Positions 20,676 to 33,300 of a stretch of 63,904 nt of DNA are shown here, piece by piece; within the stretch, counting starts at the first letter, position 1; every line of letters starts with the position of its first letter. The DNA lies in contig NC_068993.1 in the NCBI RefSeq assembly GCF_001194135.2, positions 62,011,928 to 62,075,831 of the forward strand, read 5' to 3'. This stretch comes from Octopus bimaculoides (lineage: Eukaryota). The notes below the pieces were generated by a model that searched no databases, had not been told where the DNA came from, and was given only the letters and a program-made list of their open reading frames with translations. The position numbers were made by a program, and so were the translations under genes.

Positions 20676-22370
20676 ACAACAACACAAACAATATCAACTG
20701 CAACAGTAACAGTTCATATTTAATCCTTTTTTTACTGTGAAGCAAGATCAGAAAGTAAAACTCTAAAGGGAAATAACTCTTTCTGTATGTATGAGAATTA
20801 GTTTTCGTGATTAACAATCAGAAATTTTTGTTAATTGACTTTTGGAATCTTCATTTATCCCAGGATTAGAGAAACTTTTCAAGTTGTAGGGGTAAATCCA
20901 AGTACATAACATCATGTGGGGGTCATATCTGTTGAGAAAATAATGAAGGACTGATTTGATGTGTTATGCAATTTATCTCTGCAACAAATTAAAATACTGT
21001 TTTAGCTTTTGAAACTGGTTTTCTGTTCATTTCCTTTTCATGTGAGCTTTTAGCGACTTACTCAGCCACCGCTTTAAAATATGAATGCAGGTTCCCCATC
21101 TCTGATTTATGAATCCATGAGAAAAAGTAAGAGGATAAAGACACTGGAAAAACACGGGGAAAACTTTGGAAAACTGGCAGAGTTTCTCTGTGTTGTCTGC
21201 TGAAATATTGTCTTTAGTTATTAACATAAAAAATACTGAATATCCATGTAATACCACGATTCTATGTAAGGTGTTTTCAATGTCATGTATTGTCAATAAA
21301 TGACCGGCTAAAATCTTTTGTGCCATTGTCTTACTTTGCTTAAGAAATTGAATATAAATTTTTTTTTTCTTTCTGCGTAAGTGTAACGTCAGCATATATG
21401 AATTATGCACCAGTCATGTACTGACAGTAGCTAGTGAGTGATTTAACACGCTTTTTGTTTTATTACTTTAATTGTCTATTGTACTTCAATAAAAAGCGGG
21501 GTCCCCCACCTAACAACTTGGTTCACCAGGCCATAAAGGATCATCGACAATTCGAACAGTGAATTGTATCAGCTCTTGAATTTAGAAATATTCAAAATAA
21601 ATATCAGATTTTCATACATAAAAAGTCTTCCTGGCATCAAAACGCCCATCCTTAAATGGGTTTTACATCCAAACGGCAGTGCCAAAACGGCGGTGCCAAA
21701 CATCTCAAGCCCGATCGTTGAAACTGAGGAAAGATCTCTTAAGAATTTTTTTTTTTCGTTTTAGACTTATATGGATGAACAGATAAAGGAAATGACACAA
21801 TGTACAATAAATCAGGAATTCAAACTCACCACTCAAATTTCATCGTTTGTTTTCATCGTTTAGTCACAGGTCTGCCATAGACAAGCAATTCTATGATTAA
21901 AACCATTCCAATCGTTACTATTTCATGTTTCTTATTTTTTAAGTGTAGTGTATAGGATTACATTATTCAAAGTGTCTTTCCCCTTTTCAGACAGTAGGAT
22001 TTAGTGAAGTTTTGACTACTATTTCTAGCTAGTTGAGTGACCAGAGGCTCCTCAGTCAAATCGTCCAACCCATGCTAGCATGGAAAGCGGACGTTAAACG
22101 ATGATGATGATGATGATGATGAAAACAAAAGATAAAAATAGAAAATAAATTTATTTTGGAGCTATACTTGCTTAGCAAGTGACATGAAATGGGAGTGTGT
22201 TCAACCGAGAAACGACTTACAAGAGGACAAATTAAGAAAGACATTAACAGACATACACACATTGTGCAATTCATTTTTATTTCTTAGGGTGTGGCACAAT
22301 ATAAAGAGGGTGCTTAACTGACAAAATCACAGAAGCGTCGATTTGTATTTCAGTATTTTACCATACCAAG

Positions 22371-22484
22371 ATGAATGAGAACTTCAGTGGTTACCAGCTG
22401 TTGACATTGGGGTTGTCTACCCTCGCTTTTGGATCTTTGCTCGGTCTAAAGCGGTTGGGGTTACTTTATCAATGGAGATATAAG
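22371..22484 (+). CDS. ILVBL: ILVBL first coding exon, copy A ([38 protein letters not shown])
   Basis: 38 codons, donor AAG|GTATGT in phase 0 matching exon 2; upstream acceptor-like tttcag at 22348-22353. Confidence 0.85.
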
Positions 22485-22581
22485 GTATGTTCGTGTTTGT
22501 TTTCTCATTTGTTGGCTTCTCCATGGTTTCACGCAAAGGTCCTGAAAGATTGACAGCTAGCTAGCTAGATAGATAGATAAG

Positions 22582-22624
<43 letters not shown>

Positions 22625-22654
22625 TTGACAGCTAGCTAGATAGATAGATAGATA

Positions 22655-22686
<32 letters not shown>

Positions 22687-22772
22687 ATTGACAGCTAGCT
22701 AGCTAGCGAGTTAGGTAGATAGATTGATAGCTAGCTACCTAGCGAGATAGATAGATAGATAGACACACAGAC

Positions 22773-22820
<48 letters not shown>

Positions 22821-24363
22821 TGAAAGCTAGCTAGCTAGCGAGATAGATAGATAGATTGACAGCTAGCTAGCTAGCGATTAGATCAACCTCAGTATGCAAC
22901 TGGTACTTAATTTATCGACCCCGAAAGGATGAAAGGCAAAGTCGACCTCGGTGGAAATCGAACTCAGAACGTAACAGTAGACGAAATACCGCTAAGCATT
23001 TCGTCCGGCGTGCTAACGATTCTACCAGCTCGCAGCCTTCATGGTTAAAAGGAGGCAGCTAAGGTGTATCGGCCTGCTAGAAATAATAACCAAACTTCTT
23101 TCAAATAACATGCTTTTGTTATTAAAATATTTTTTTTAAAAAATGAAGGATACGTTAGAGCTAGGCAATAGTACTAGAGACGCCATGTCTAAATCAATGA
23201 GATGGTCACAATTGGTAAGTTGTTGATCATGGAGATCAATCAGGGCGGAGCTGCAGTTAAAGTTAAATAACAACAACAGCATCAGCACCAACAACACCAC
23301 CACCACCAACAACAACAACAACAACAGCAACAACACAAACAATATTAAGTGCAACAGCAACAGTTCATATTTAATCCTTTTTTACTGTGAAGCAAGATCA
23401 GAAAGTAAAACTCTAAAGGGAAATAACTCTTTCTGTATGTATGAGAATTAGTTTTCGTGATTAACAATCAATAATTTTTGTTAATTGACTTTTGGAATCT
23501 TCATTTATACAAGGATTAGAGAAACTTTTCAAGTTGTAGGAGTGAATCGAAGTACATAACATCATGTTTTATATAACACATTCTACCAGTGTCCCAAGTT
23601 TGAAAGTGTTTCGTTACGAAAACAAGTGGCACCCGATAAATCAGAAAGATCCCTATTTTGCGTTCTGAATTCAAATGTTGTCGAGTTCAACTTTAACTTT
23701 CATTCTTCTGTACTTGATTAAATAAAATACTTGTCGAGACTGAGGGCTCTGTCTCCCTCTGTTTCTCTCTTTATCAGAATTGAATGCATTTCTCGGAGAA
23801 CCATATTCCTTTATCGCAGTGGAAGAGTTGTGATTGCCGGGGCTTTAGCAGAGTATGGCGTATGAGGATATTATCTGATTGCTGACACAATTTTGCCGCC
23901 TTTCTTTTGTGTTAGTAACGTCTGATATTCTCTTATCGTTTGAACTTTGACACGATTTACAGTGCAGTTATTAAACAGGGTAACACAACACCGCCGACAC
24001 CGGTTGGTGATTAGCTCAAACAAATATCGATGTTTACATAGAGGAGTTGAGAGATCTCAAGCACCGACCGTTGGCTCTGATCTGAGACAGGACACCAACA
24101 GTTACTGCTTCCAACGGTTTGACCATATCAGGATGGATCAGTGCTTCAGTGGTTACCATCTGTTGACATTGGGGCTGTCTACCCTCGCTTTTGGTTCTCT
24201 GTTCGGTCTGAAGCGGTTGGGGTTACTTTATCAATGGAGACATAAGGTATGTTCGTGTTTGTTTTCTCACTTGTTAGCTTCTCTATGGTTTCACACAAAG
24301 GTCCTGAAAGATTGACCGCTAGCTAGATAGATCGATCGATAGATAGATAGATAGATAAATAGG

Positions 24364-24395
<32 letters not shown>

Positions 24396-27300
24396 GAGAG
24401 AGAAAACTATAAATGTTGCTCTACAGTACACGAGATATTTCATAACGGCATTCTTTCGATATAAATCGAAAGAATGCTGATGTTTCACAGCTTCTGATGG
24501 CTAAGAGAACTGTCCATAGTTATTAGAAGTAGAGAAATTGGTTGCGGAAGTGAGAAGAACAAAGATTAATTTAGAATGCTAAAAACACGGATACAATGAA
24601 ATATGGGCGTTGAATTGAGATAACCGTAATGGTGTCGGACAAAAAAGCCAACGGCAGTTAGTTATGGTCGATTTGATATTCCTATAAACCATCTTCAATG
24701 TGAATTGAATTATAATAGCAGACGATTTGACCAAAGCCGAGTTGGTGATGGGCGGGTGGGTGTAGGGGAGTAACACTTTTTAAAAAAATAGATATGTAAA
24801 TGCTTTATTTTTCAACAGTTAATTATAAAACTGCTTNNNNNNNNNNNNNNNNNNNNNNNNNNNNNNNNNNNNNNNNNNNNNNNNNNNNNNNNNNNNNNNN
24901 NNNNNNNNNNNNNNNNNNNNNNNNNNNNNNNNNNNNNNNNNNNNNNNNNNNNNNNNNNNNNNNNNNNNNNNNNNNNNNNNNNNNNNNNNNNNNNNNNNNN
25001 NNNNNNNNNNNNNNNNNNNNNNNNNNNNNNNNNNNNNNNNNNNNNNNNNNNNNNNNNNNNNNNNNNNNNNNNNNNNNNNNNNNNNNNNNNNNNNNNNNNN
25101 NNNNNNNNNNNNNNNNNNNNNNNNNNNNNNNNNNNNNNNNNNNNNNNNNNNNNNNNNNNNNNNNNNNNNNNNNNNNNNNNNNNNNNNNNNNNNNNNNNNN
25201 NNNNNNNNNNNNNNNNNNNNNNNNNNGCATGCGTGTCTTTCAATGTGTCTGTGTTGGAGGGAACTTAAGGAAGGGAAGAACTCATCAGTTCTGTACCAGC
25301 ACGCTGAGCAAGAACATAGAGGCTCAATCAACAACATAGAAATTAAAATCTTATCTACACATAGCAGTGATGCAGCACTTAGACAAATTACTGAAGCTAC
25401 ACACATAATAGAAGAGAAACCTAGCCTGAATAGGACACTAGAATGGAACACAAAGGACCACTGATGAGGTCACAGAAGTGTGACGAAAGAACTCTGGCCG
25501 AAATAAGATTAAGATTAATGTAATATAAAGCTGAAGCAAATTAACACCAAATATACAGTGTGTGTGTTTTTATTGGCTAAACTGGCAATATGACCATCCC
25601 CAAGTACAACACGATTTCGCATCAAAAATCTTGCTAAACAAATATATAAATATAATAGTCTATAAAAAAAAAAGTAATTCGTGTACACTCCCTCAGTTAT
25701 ACATTATATTAATTCTTTTATTGGAATATAATACGTATGCATGTGATACATATATAATGCAAAACCACACTAGTTATACAAACCCGAAACCAGGAAAAAA
25801 AAGTTGCTACTTTCTAAAAAATCTTGAGACAATAGATAAGCACCGAGTACTCGTGACAATACCGAGTGACTCACAAGATTTGAGCCTCCTTTGAGTATCA
25901 CTGATACTCAGGAAAAAATACGTGGCTGCGTTGCAAGAAGTTTGCTTCCCAATCACATGGATCTTCGTTCAATCCCACTGCGTAGCACCTTTGGCAAGTC
26001 TCTTCTTCTAGGGCCTTGGGCCAACCAAAGCCTTGTGAATGGATTTGGTAGATGGAAATTGAAAGATTGTCATATGTATGTGTGTACCCCACCAGTGCCT
26101 AACAACCAGGATTAGTGTTTTGGTAAAAAAGAACGAGAGAATAAATACAAGGCTTTAAGCAGAGAAATACTGGGGTTGATTTGTTTGGCTAAAAAATTCC
26201 TCAAGGTGGTGCTCCAGCATGGCTACAATCTAATGACTGAAATAAGATAAAAGATAATTAATTGCATCATTAATATACCCTGTGTATTTCAGTTTTAATT
26301 GTGAATCCACATAGGAACCCACAAATCAAATGTGAATCATTTTTATTTGATGTTTCACATATCTTCCTCGTTCCGCTCTGTCTCACTCTTATGCTTCATG
26401 CTGGCATCCATTTATATTCCGTGCCAGCCCTGACAGAGCAAACATAAGACCAAAATCTATCTCATCTTTCATTCAGACATAATATATCTAAGACTACTAC
26501 GGCCAATGTGATTTGAGGGAAACTTAGCTGCTATTTTTAACAGGTTGAGTAACCATGTAGAGGTTTATACCTTGGCTCATGAAACTCTCTGTTGCCAACA
26601 GAGATAACAAAAACCTGAACTACTACTACTACTAGTTTGCTCACCTTTGCTATTAATCGTTTATTGCGGCCTCTTCAAGCATTATCCAGGTTATCTCATG
26701 ATCAGAAATGAATTACTACATCTAGCAACCTATGCATGCAACATTATGAAGAAGTGGGGTTGAGCACCAACTCTATGGATTCCCATGTGAAACCAAGAAG
26801 CTAAAATTAGTAAATATTTACCACTTACTGACAGTAACAATGTTTAACCCTTTCGTTACTATATTTATTTTGTGATGCTCTCTGTTTCTTTCAATTACTT
26901 TAAATATAAAAAAGAATTTAGTAAAATAACCTTGTTATCATTCAGCTAGTGTTAGGAACATAAATTGTGACTAAGGTTTGGTGGAAGATTTTAATTCAAA
27001 ACTTATGAAAACAAGGCATTTGTACTACAGAGCCAGAGGAGGTTTCAGCCGGGTTGGTAACAAAAGGGTTCAAGGATTTAGGTGAATGGACTTTACTCTC
27101 TCAGTTCTACTTATCAGTTAATCCTTTTGAGTTTTCTTTAACACTGTTCTTTCTCAGTACAAGTGTCCTCATAGAAAGTGCTTTTTTTTCTATTCTCTCT
27201 CTCTCTCTCTCTCTCCTATTCTTTCTTTATTTCTCTCTGTTTGCTATGTAAAGAAAATCAAAACACTTGGTTCAAATAGTCTCAGTATAAATAATATATA

Positions 27301-30300
27301 AAGGGCTTCCACAAATAGACATAACCATATTTGTCTGTTTGTATGAATGATTGAATGAGTACATACATTTTGAAAAAAATTTTCTTTTCTCAATGTTTTC
27401 ATTTTCCAGTTTGATCCCAAGATTAAAAAAAATGGTGGAGATTTAGTGGCAGAAACTCTAAAGGTAAGCCATTATGACATATGTTTTAATTCATTTTGAT
27501 ATCAGCCCACCTGAGACTGCTTCAGATTCGATGATACAAAACTACTTGTTTTGAAGTTTCCAGTTCAATTAAAACATTTCATTAAGTTATTAATATTCGA
27601 ACCTTTCTTCTGTTGTTATGTTCCAAACACCAATTTACATTGTGATTAAAAGGGTAAGACCCCACCCTTCGGTCATGAATGACCATGGCATTGCTCCTAG
27701 AAAGTTACCCTCCAAGGTACAAGTCCAAGAAAGGTTATTTATGGAAACCCAGCAGTCGCCCATGCATACCAGCCTCCTCTCTCCACACCACTGATGTTAT
27801 CCAAGGAAAGGGCAAAAGGGCCGATATAGCTTGAAATATGTTCTAAATATATTCAAACTGATCTGAATTCTGTTTATTTTCCATCACTTCTTTGTATCAC
27901 TAATTACATATTATCACTAATTACATATTATCACTAATTACATATTATCTTAAACTCATTTAAATTTAGAATTGTTTTCAAGATTAAGCACATAACTAGT
28001 GTATTTCATTAGGAATATTATAATAGGGTTAACGAATTAAAAATAAATTTTTTTTAAACATTGGAGCGTAGTTGTGTGGTTGAGAAGGTTGCTTTGCAAT
28101 CAAAATGTCTTGGTTTCAATCCCACTGCATGACACCTTGGGCAAGTGACTTCACTTCAGTAGCCCCAGGCCAGCCAATGCCTTGTGGATGAATTTGGTTT
28201 ATGGAAACTAGGTAGGAGTCAATTGTGTTTGTGTTTATTCAACCCCACCACCACTCAGAGCTGTGGAGTCAAAACACAAATCTTTGACTCCGACTCCTCT
28301 ACTATTGGCACCTCTGACTCTGACTCCTCTTTATGCAATGAAGTGATTGTGGTCTACATATCTCATATAACATATGCATACACGCTTGTACTTTGAGTCG
28401 GCCTATACCTTATAACTGGTTTATATTAAAGAATAAATATATCGAGAGTCAGAGTTGGTGTAGTTTTACCGACTCCAGCTACCCCTTAATTGTTTCTGAC
28501 TCCACGACTCCGACTCCACAGCCCTGCCACCACTTCACCACACCTGGTGTTGGTTTGTTTATATTCCCATAACTTAGCAGTTCAGCTAAAGAGACCACTG
28601 CAATAAATAACAAACTTCAAAAGGAAATAAGTCCTGGGACTGATTTGTTCAGCCAAAAGCTTTCCATGTTCACTCGTATCATTCATTAATCTAATTCTGA
28701 TTTTTGTCTTCTAGGCTCATGGGGTCAAAAACATTTTCACCTTAGTTGGTGGCCATATATCTCCAATCCTGGTTGCTTGTGAAAGACTTGGTATTAGAGT
28801 TGTTGACACACGACATGAAGTATGTTTCATTGATTCTTGTTCTTCATTTTTTTTTTCAAAAATCGTTTTTATTCACTTCTCCGTTATTTAATTGTTGTTG
28901 TTGTTTAACCCCTGGTCAGCTCTGAACATTGCAGACCTATGACCAAAGTATCCCAGCTGTGAAAATCATGACTTTACAGACATAACATATTTAAAAATTC
29001 TTTATCAAATGCTCCCCACCCACTTAAGGTGGTGAACTGGCAGAATCGTGAGCAAGCCTGGCAAAATGCTTAGCAGCATTTCATCTATCTTTGTGTTCTG
29101 AGTTCAATTTCTACCGCGGTCAACTTTGCCTTTTATCCTTTCGGGGTCAATAAATTATGTATCAGTCAAGTACTGGGGCCGATATAATCAACTTTCCTCA
29201 TCCCCCATAATTAAGAAAGGATTATTAAATGCTCCCGTCTTGATCCTTCATTTTAATTTAGACTTCCTTATGAAAATATACATCCAAACGTGGCTGATGC
29301 CAGTACCCCCTGACTGGCTCCCATGCTGGTGGCACATAAAAAGTTCTTTCATCACACATCCTGTGACTTCCTCAGGGACCCTTTATCCTATGTATTTCCT
29401 CTTGTTCTGAGAACAAGAGGAAAAATAGTCAGTGAAAAGGTCACAGGATGTGTGATGAAAGAACTTTGATTAATAATAGCAATAACAAAGCTGAAGTGAA
29501 GGTCCAATATATAGTGTGTGTGTTTGATTGGCAAAATATGACCATCTCCAAGTATGACATAACGAAAGTATATTTGTGAAAATATGGCACCTGAAGATAA
29601 TCACAGACTGAGATACATGGCATTACAGTAATAAAACAAAAATAAAGAAAAAATAAATCAAGGATCTACAGTTATTAAATTTTGAGCATTCTAATTTTGA
29701 GCATTCTAATTTTGAGCATTCTAATTTTGTATTGTGAACATCTGTAGTTTCACATCATTTTATCTTCTTCTCATTGTGATAAACTTATTAGGTTACCAGT
29801 GTTTTTGCAGCTGATGCTGTTGCTAGAATGTCTGGGACAATTGGTGTGGCTGCTGTCACTGCAGGACCAGGTACTGCTTTTTGTTTCTTCATTTTCATGT
29901 TTTTTTAAATTTTTATCTAAACCTAATTTAGATATACCTGATGCAGGTGTTAAAGGTTTGATGTTCCAAAGTGAATGTGTGATTTAATTTTGTTGCTGAG
30001 TTCCAGGTCTCTTTGCTTTCTCTTACTAAATTCTAAATGTCCTTACAAAATAAATGGTGCATTTTTAAAAAGAACAATCACAGATGATGAAAGATGGATG
30101 CGAAAAAAAATGGAGTCAGAAAGGTCCTGGAGAAAATTATGAACCACCTTTAATCACTCTAAAAACCAGTTAGTTTTCGAAGAAGGTGATAATTTGAAGT
30201 GCATTGTGTATAATGCATTCCCTAACTCTTCTTCCTAATCAGACATTAAATTCTTGCAATCATTTACCACAATTATATTGATTAAAGGTAGCATTTGATG

Positions 30301-33300
30301 AAAAACATCCAGAATTGGCCAACAGGAAGAATGTTATCTTCCTTCAGGTCAATGTTAAGCCTTCTGTTTCCTTGCAGACCCAATACAAATTGGTAGAGCT
30401 CAGTGGAGATATCCCACCATTCCCACTATGCTCCCCTGATCTTGCACCTTTGGATGACCATTTATTTTGATCTTTACAAAATTCTTTTAATGGGAAGAAG
30501 CTTAATTCTTTGGAAGAATGAATTTCTGTACACATCTTTTGACATTATTTTTCATTTTTCCAGGTGTCACTAACACTGTGACTGCTGTCAAAAATGCCCA
30601 GATGGCAGAATCTCCAGTTTTGCTCATAGGTGGCGCTGCAGCAACATTGCTCAAGGTAACTTTTACTACTATCTATATAGATTATAGTTGTTGTTGTTGT
30701 TGTTATTGTTAGGGCAGCAAAAGGCTGCAAGCTGGCAGAATCATTAGCACACCAGGTAGATCTCTAAAATCAACTGTTTTCCATTTAAATATTTAACGAT
30801 AGTTAAAGCAATTATTCCACAGTTTAGTGCTTTGCCTGTCCGTGATCAATACATAACGATTTCATATGTATTCTGTTCATTCTGCACCTTTTTTGTCTTA
30901 ATTCTTTGGATTGCAATTTTTTGTTTGTTTGTTCGTTCCAGGGCCGTGGATCTTTGCAAGACATTGACCAGCTTTCCTTGTTTAAGTCTCTTTGTAAATT
31001 CACAGCCTCAGTATCGACTGTTAAAGAAATTGTGCCAACACTACAGAAAGCTATCCAAACAGCTCAAAGCGGAACCCCAGGCAAGCGACTCTTTATTTAA
31101 TTTTTTTTTTTCACTTTTCTTCTGATATTTTTTTTTTCACTATCGCCTCAGCTACCACCATCATCACCGTCGCCTCCGCCTCTATCACAACTACAGCTCA
31201 TTCATTACTATCACCCCATTAGCATCTCAGCTGTCAATCTATTTCCCCCCTCACCATCTCTATGCCTACTATTACTCTCACCCCAGCAAGAGGAATAGTA
31301 GAAGTGTCATTGAATAATGAGAGAGGGGGGTCAAAGTGTGACACACTGACATGGAAATTGACATTTATTATTATAGAAGATTTGGCATTTATTATTGTAG
31401 AAGATTGCAGAAGGAAACTTGATTCTCTTTTGTAACATATTAAACGTTTTTTCCATTTCAGAATGTTTCACTCTTCTGTGGTTATTGCTGGATTATTTGG
31501 TGTTTTATTTCCTTCTTTGATATTTCAGGCCCAGTTTTTGTTGAATTCCCCATTGATGTTCTCTATCCTTATGAAACTGTGAAGAAAGAAATGGGAATGA
31601 AAGATTCTGGCAAAGGTTTGATGCAGAATATTGTGAACTGGTAAGTTGTCACTCTCGTCAACATCATCATCATGATCACCATTATCATCATCATCCAACG
31701 AGTTGTAGTGCAGCTGGGCATTGCATACAATAAGCTTGTTATTATTGTCGTCATCATCATCATCATCATCACTGTCATGATGCAATAGAACGTGTAATTG
31801 ACTTATGAAAACATTTAGTATACCTTATAGAATATTGTGTTTGCATAACGAAGTACCATTTGCCTACAAATCAGTAATTAATTTCATCTTTAATGAAATG
31901 TTTTTCTTTGTAGTATATCTAATTAATAAGTTACAGGTTAGACCAAGCTGAAAATTCCTAAACAGAACGTAATAGTGCTATGCATATGATTGCCATCACC
32001 ATAGTATTGCCACCCGCCTATATAGTAAGGACTTAGTTCACTCCCTTATATTAATGGCCATAGCTAGAGGGCACCACATGTACAAGAATTTGATTATTTT
32101 ATATTTTTTGGAAGTTTTTTCTTTTTTTTTTGTTAGGTATCTCCAGAATCACTTGAACAATTTGTTCTCTGGTGCTTTTGAAGATCGTGATATGTCTCCT
32201 CTTCATGTGGACATACCAAAGCCTTCTCCCTCTCAAGGTACGTAAATGAGCATCAGTGACATTCATCCCAGATCTATTAAAACTATAAAATAGTAATGAA
32301 GGACATAGTTGCTTGACTTGCTAAAAACATCAGTTCAATTTCTCTCAGATTATGCTGTATCATCTTTAAGAAGGAATGACAAGGTCATCTTTGATACACA
32401 AAAATAACAATATGGTCGTATCTAGAACACATCTAATCATAATCCTATGTGATCAAGATGATCCATTGTTAACCCTTTAACATTCAGATTACTTTGTCAA
32501 ATGTAAATGCTTATTTATCCACATTGTTTTGAATTAATCATGGATTATCTCATAGCTTTGAGATTTCAAGGATGTGATTGTTTATTTTTAGAATGATATT
32601 GTAGGGTAGGTGCGAGAGGCTGGATCTGGCTAGTTTGAACATAAGACTGATCGAATATTTGGGCTGGATATAACTCGTTTAAATGCTAAAGGGGTGAGTA
32701 AACAATGACAGTAAGAAAAAGTTAAATGTAATCGAAGATTCTCCATTAAATTTAAGCAAAATTTCCTGCCATGGTGCATGGATGAAGTTTGTAACCAGGG
32801 CCGGTGCCCCTGACTGTCTCCCATGCCGGTGGTGCGTAAAAAGCACTATCCGAACTTGGTTGATGCCAGGTCTGCCTGACTGGTTCCCATGCCAGTGGCA
32901 CGTAAAAAGTACCATCTGAACGTGATCGTTGCCAGGCCCTCCTGACTGGCTCCTGTGCTGGTAGCATGTAAAAAGCACCCACTACACACTCAGAGTGGTG
33001 AGCATTAGGAAGTGCATCCAGGTGTAGAAACATTCCCAGATCAGATTAGAGCTTGGTGCAGCCACTGGCTCACCAGACCTCAGTCATGCCAGCATGGAAA
33101 ACAGATGTTAAACGATGACAACGGCACAGCAGTGACTTGAACCTTTACTGTCTTGTTTCAGTGCAGAAATGTGCCGAATTACTCTCCAAGGCCAAGAAAC
33201 CAGTTTTCATATTGGGAAGTCAAATTACACTGCCACCAGTTCCTGTAGAAAACCTATGTCAATCTCTTGAGGTAAATATTTTTAAAATTTGTTTAAATAC

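Noticed and set aside
24800-25451. Long ORFs of 135-210 aa in the track
   Set aside because: They are runs of X across the N-gap; only 25243-25464 is informative.
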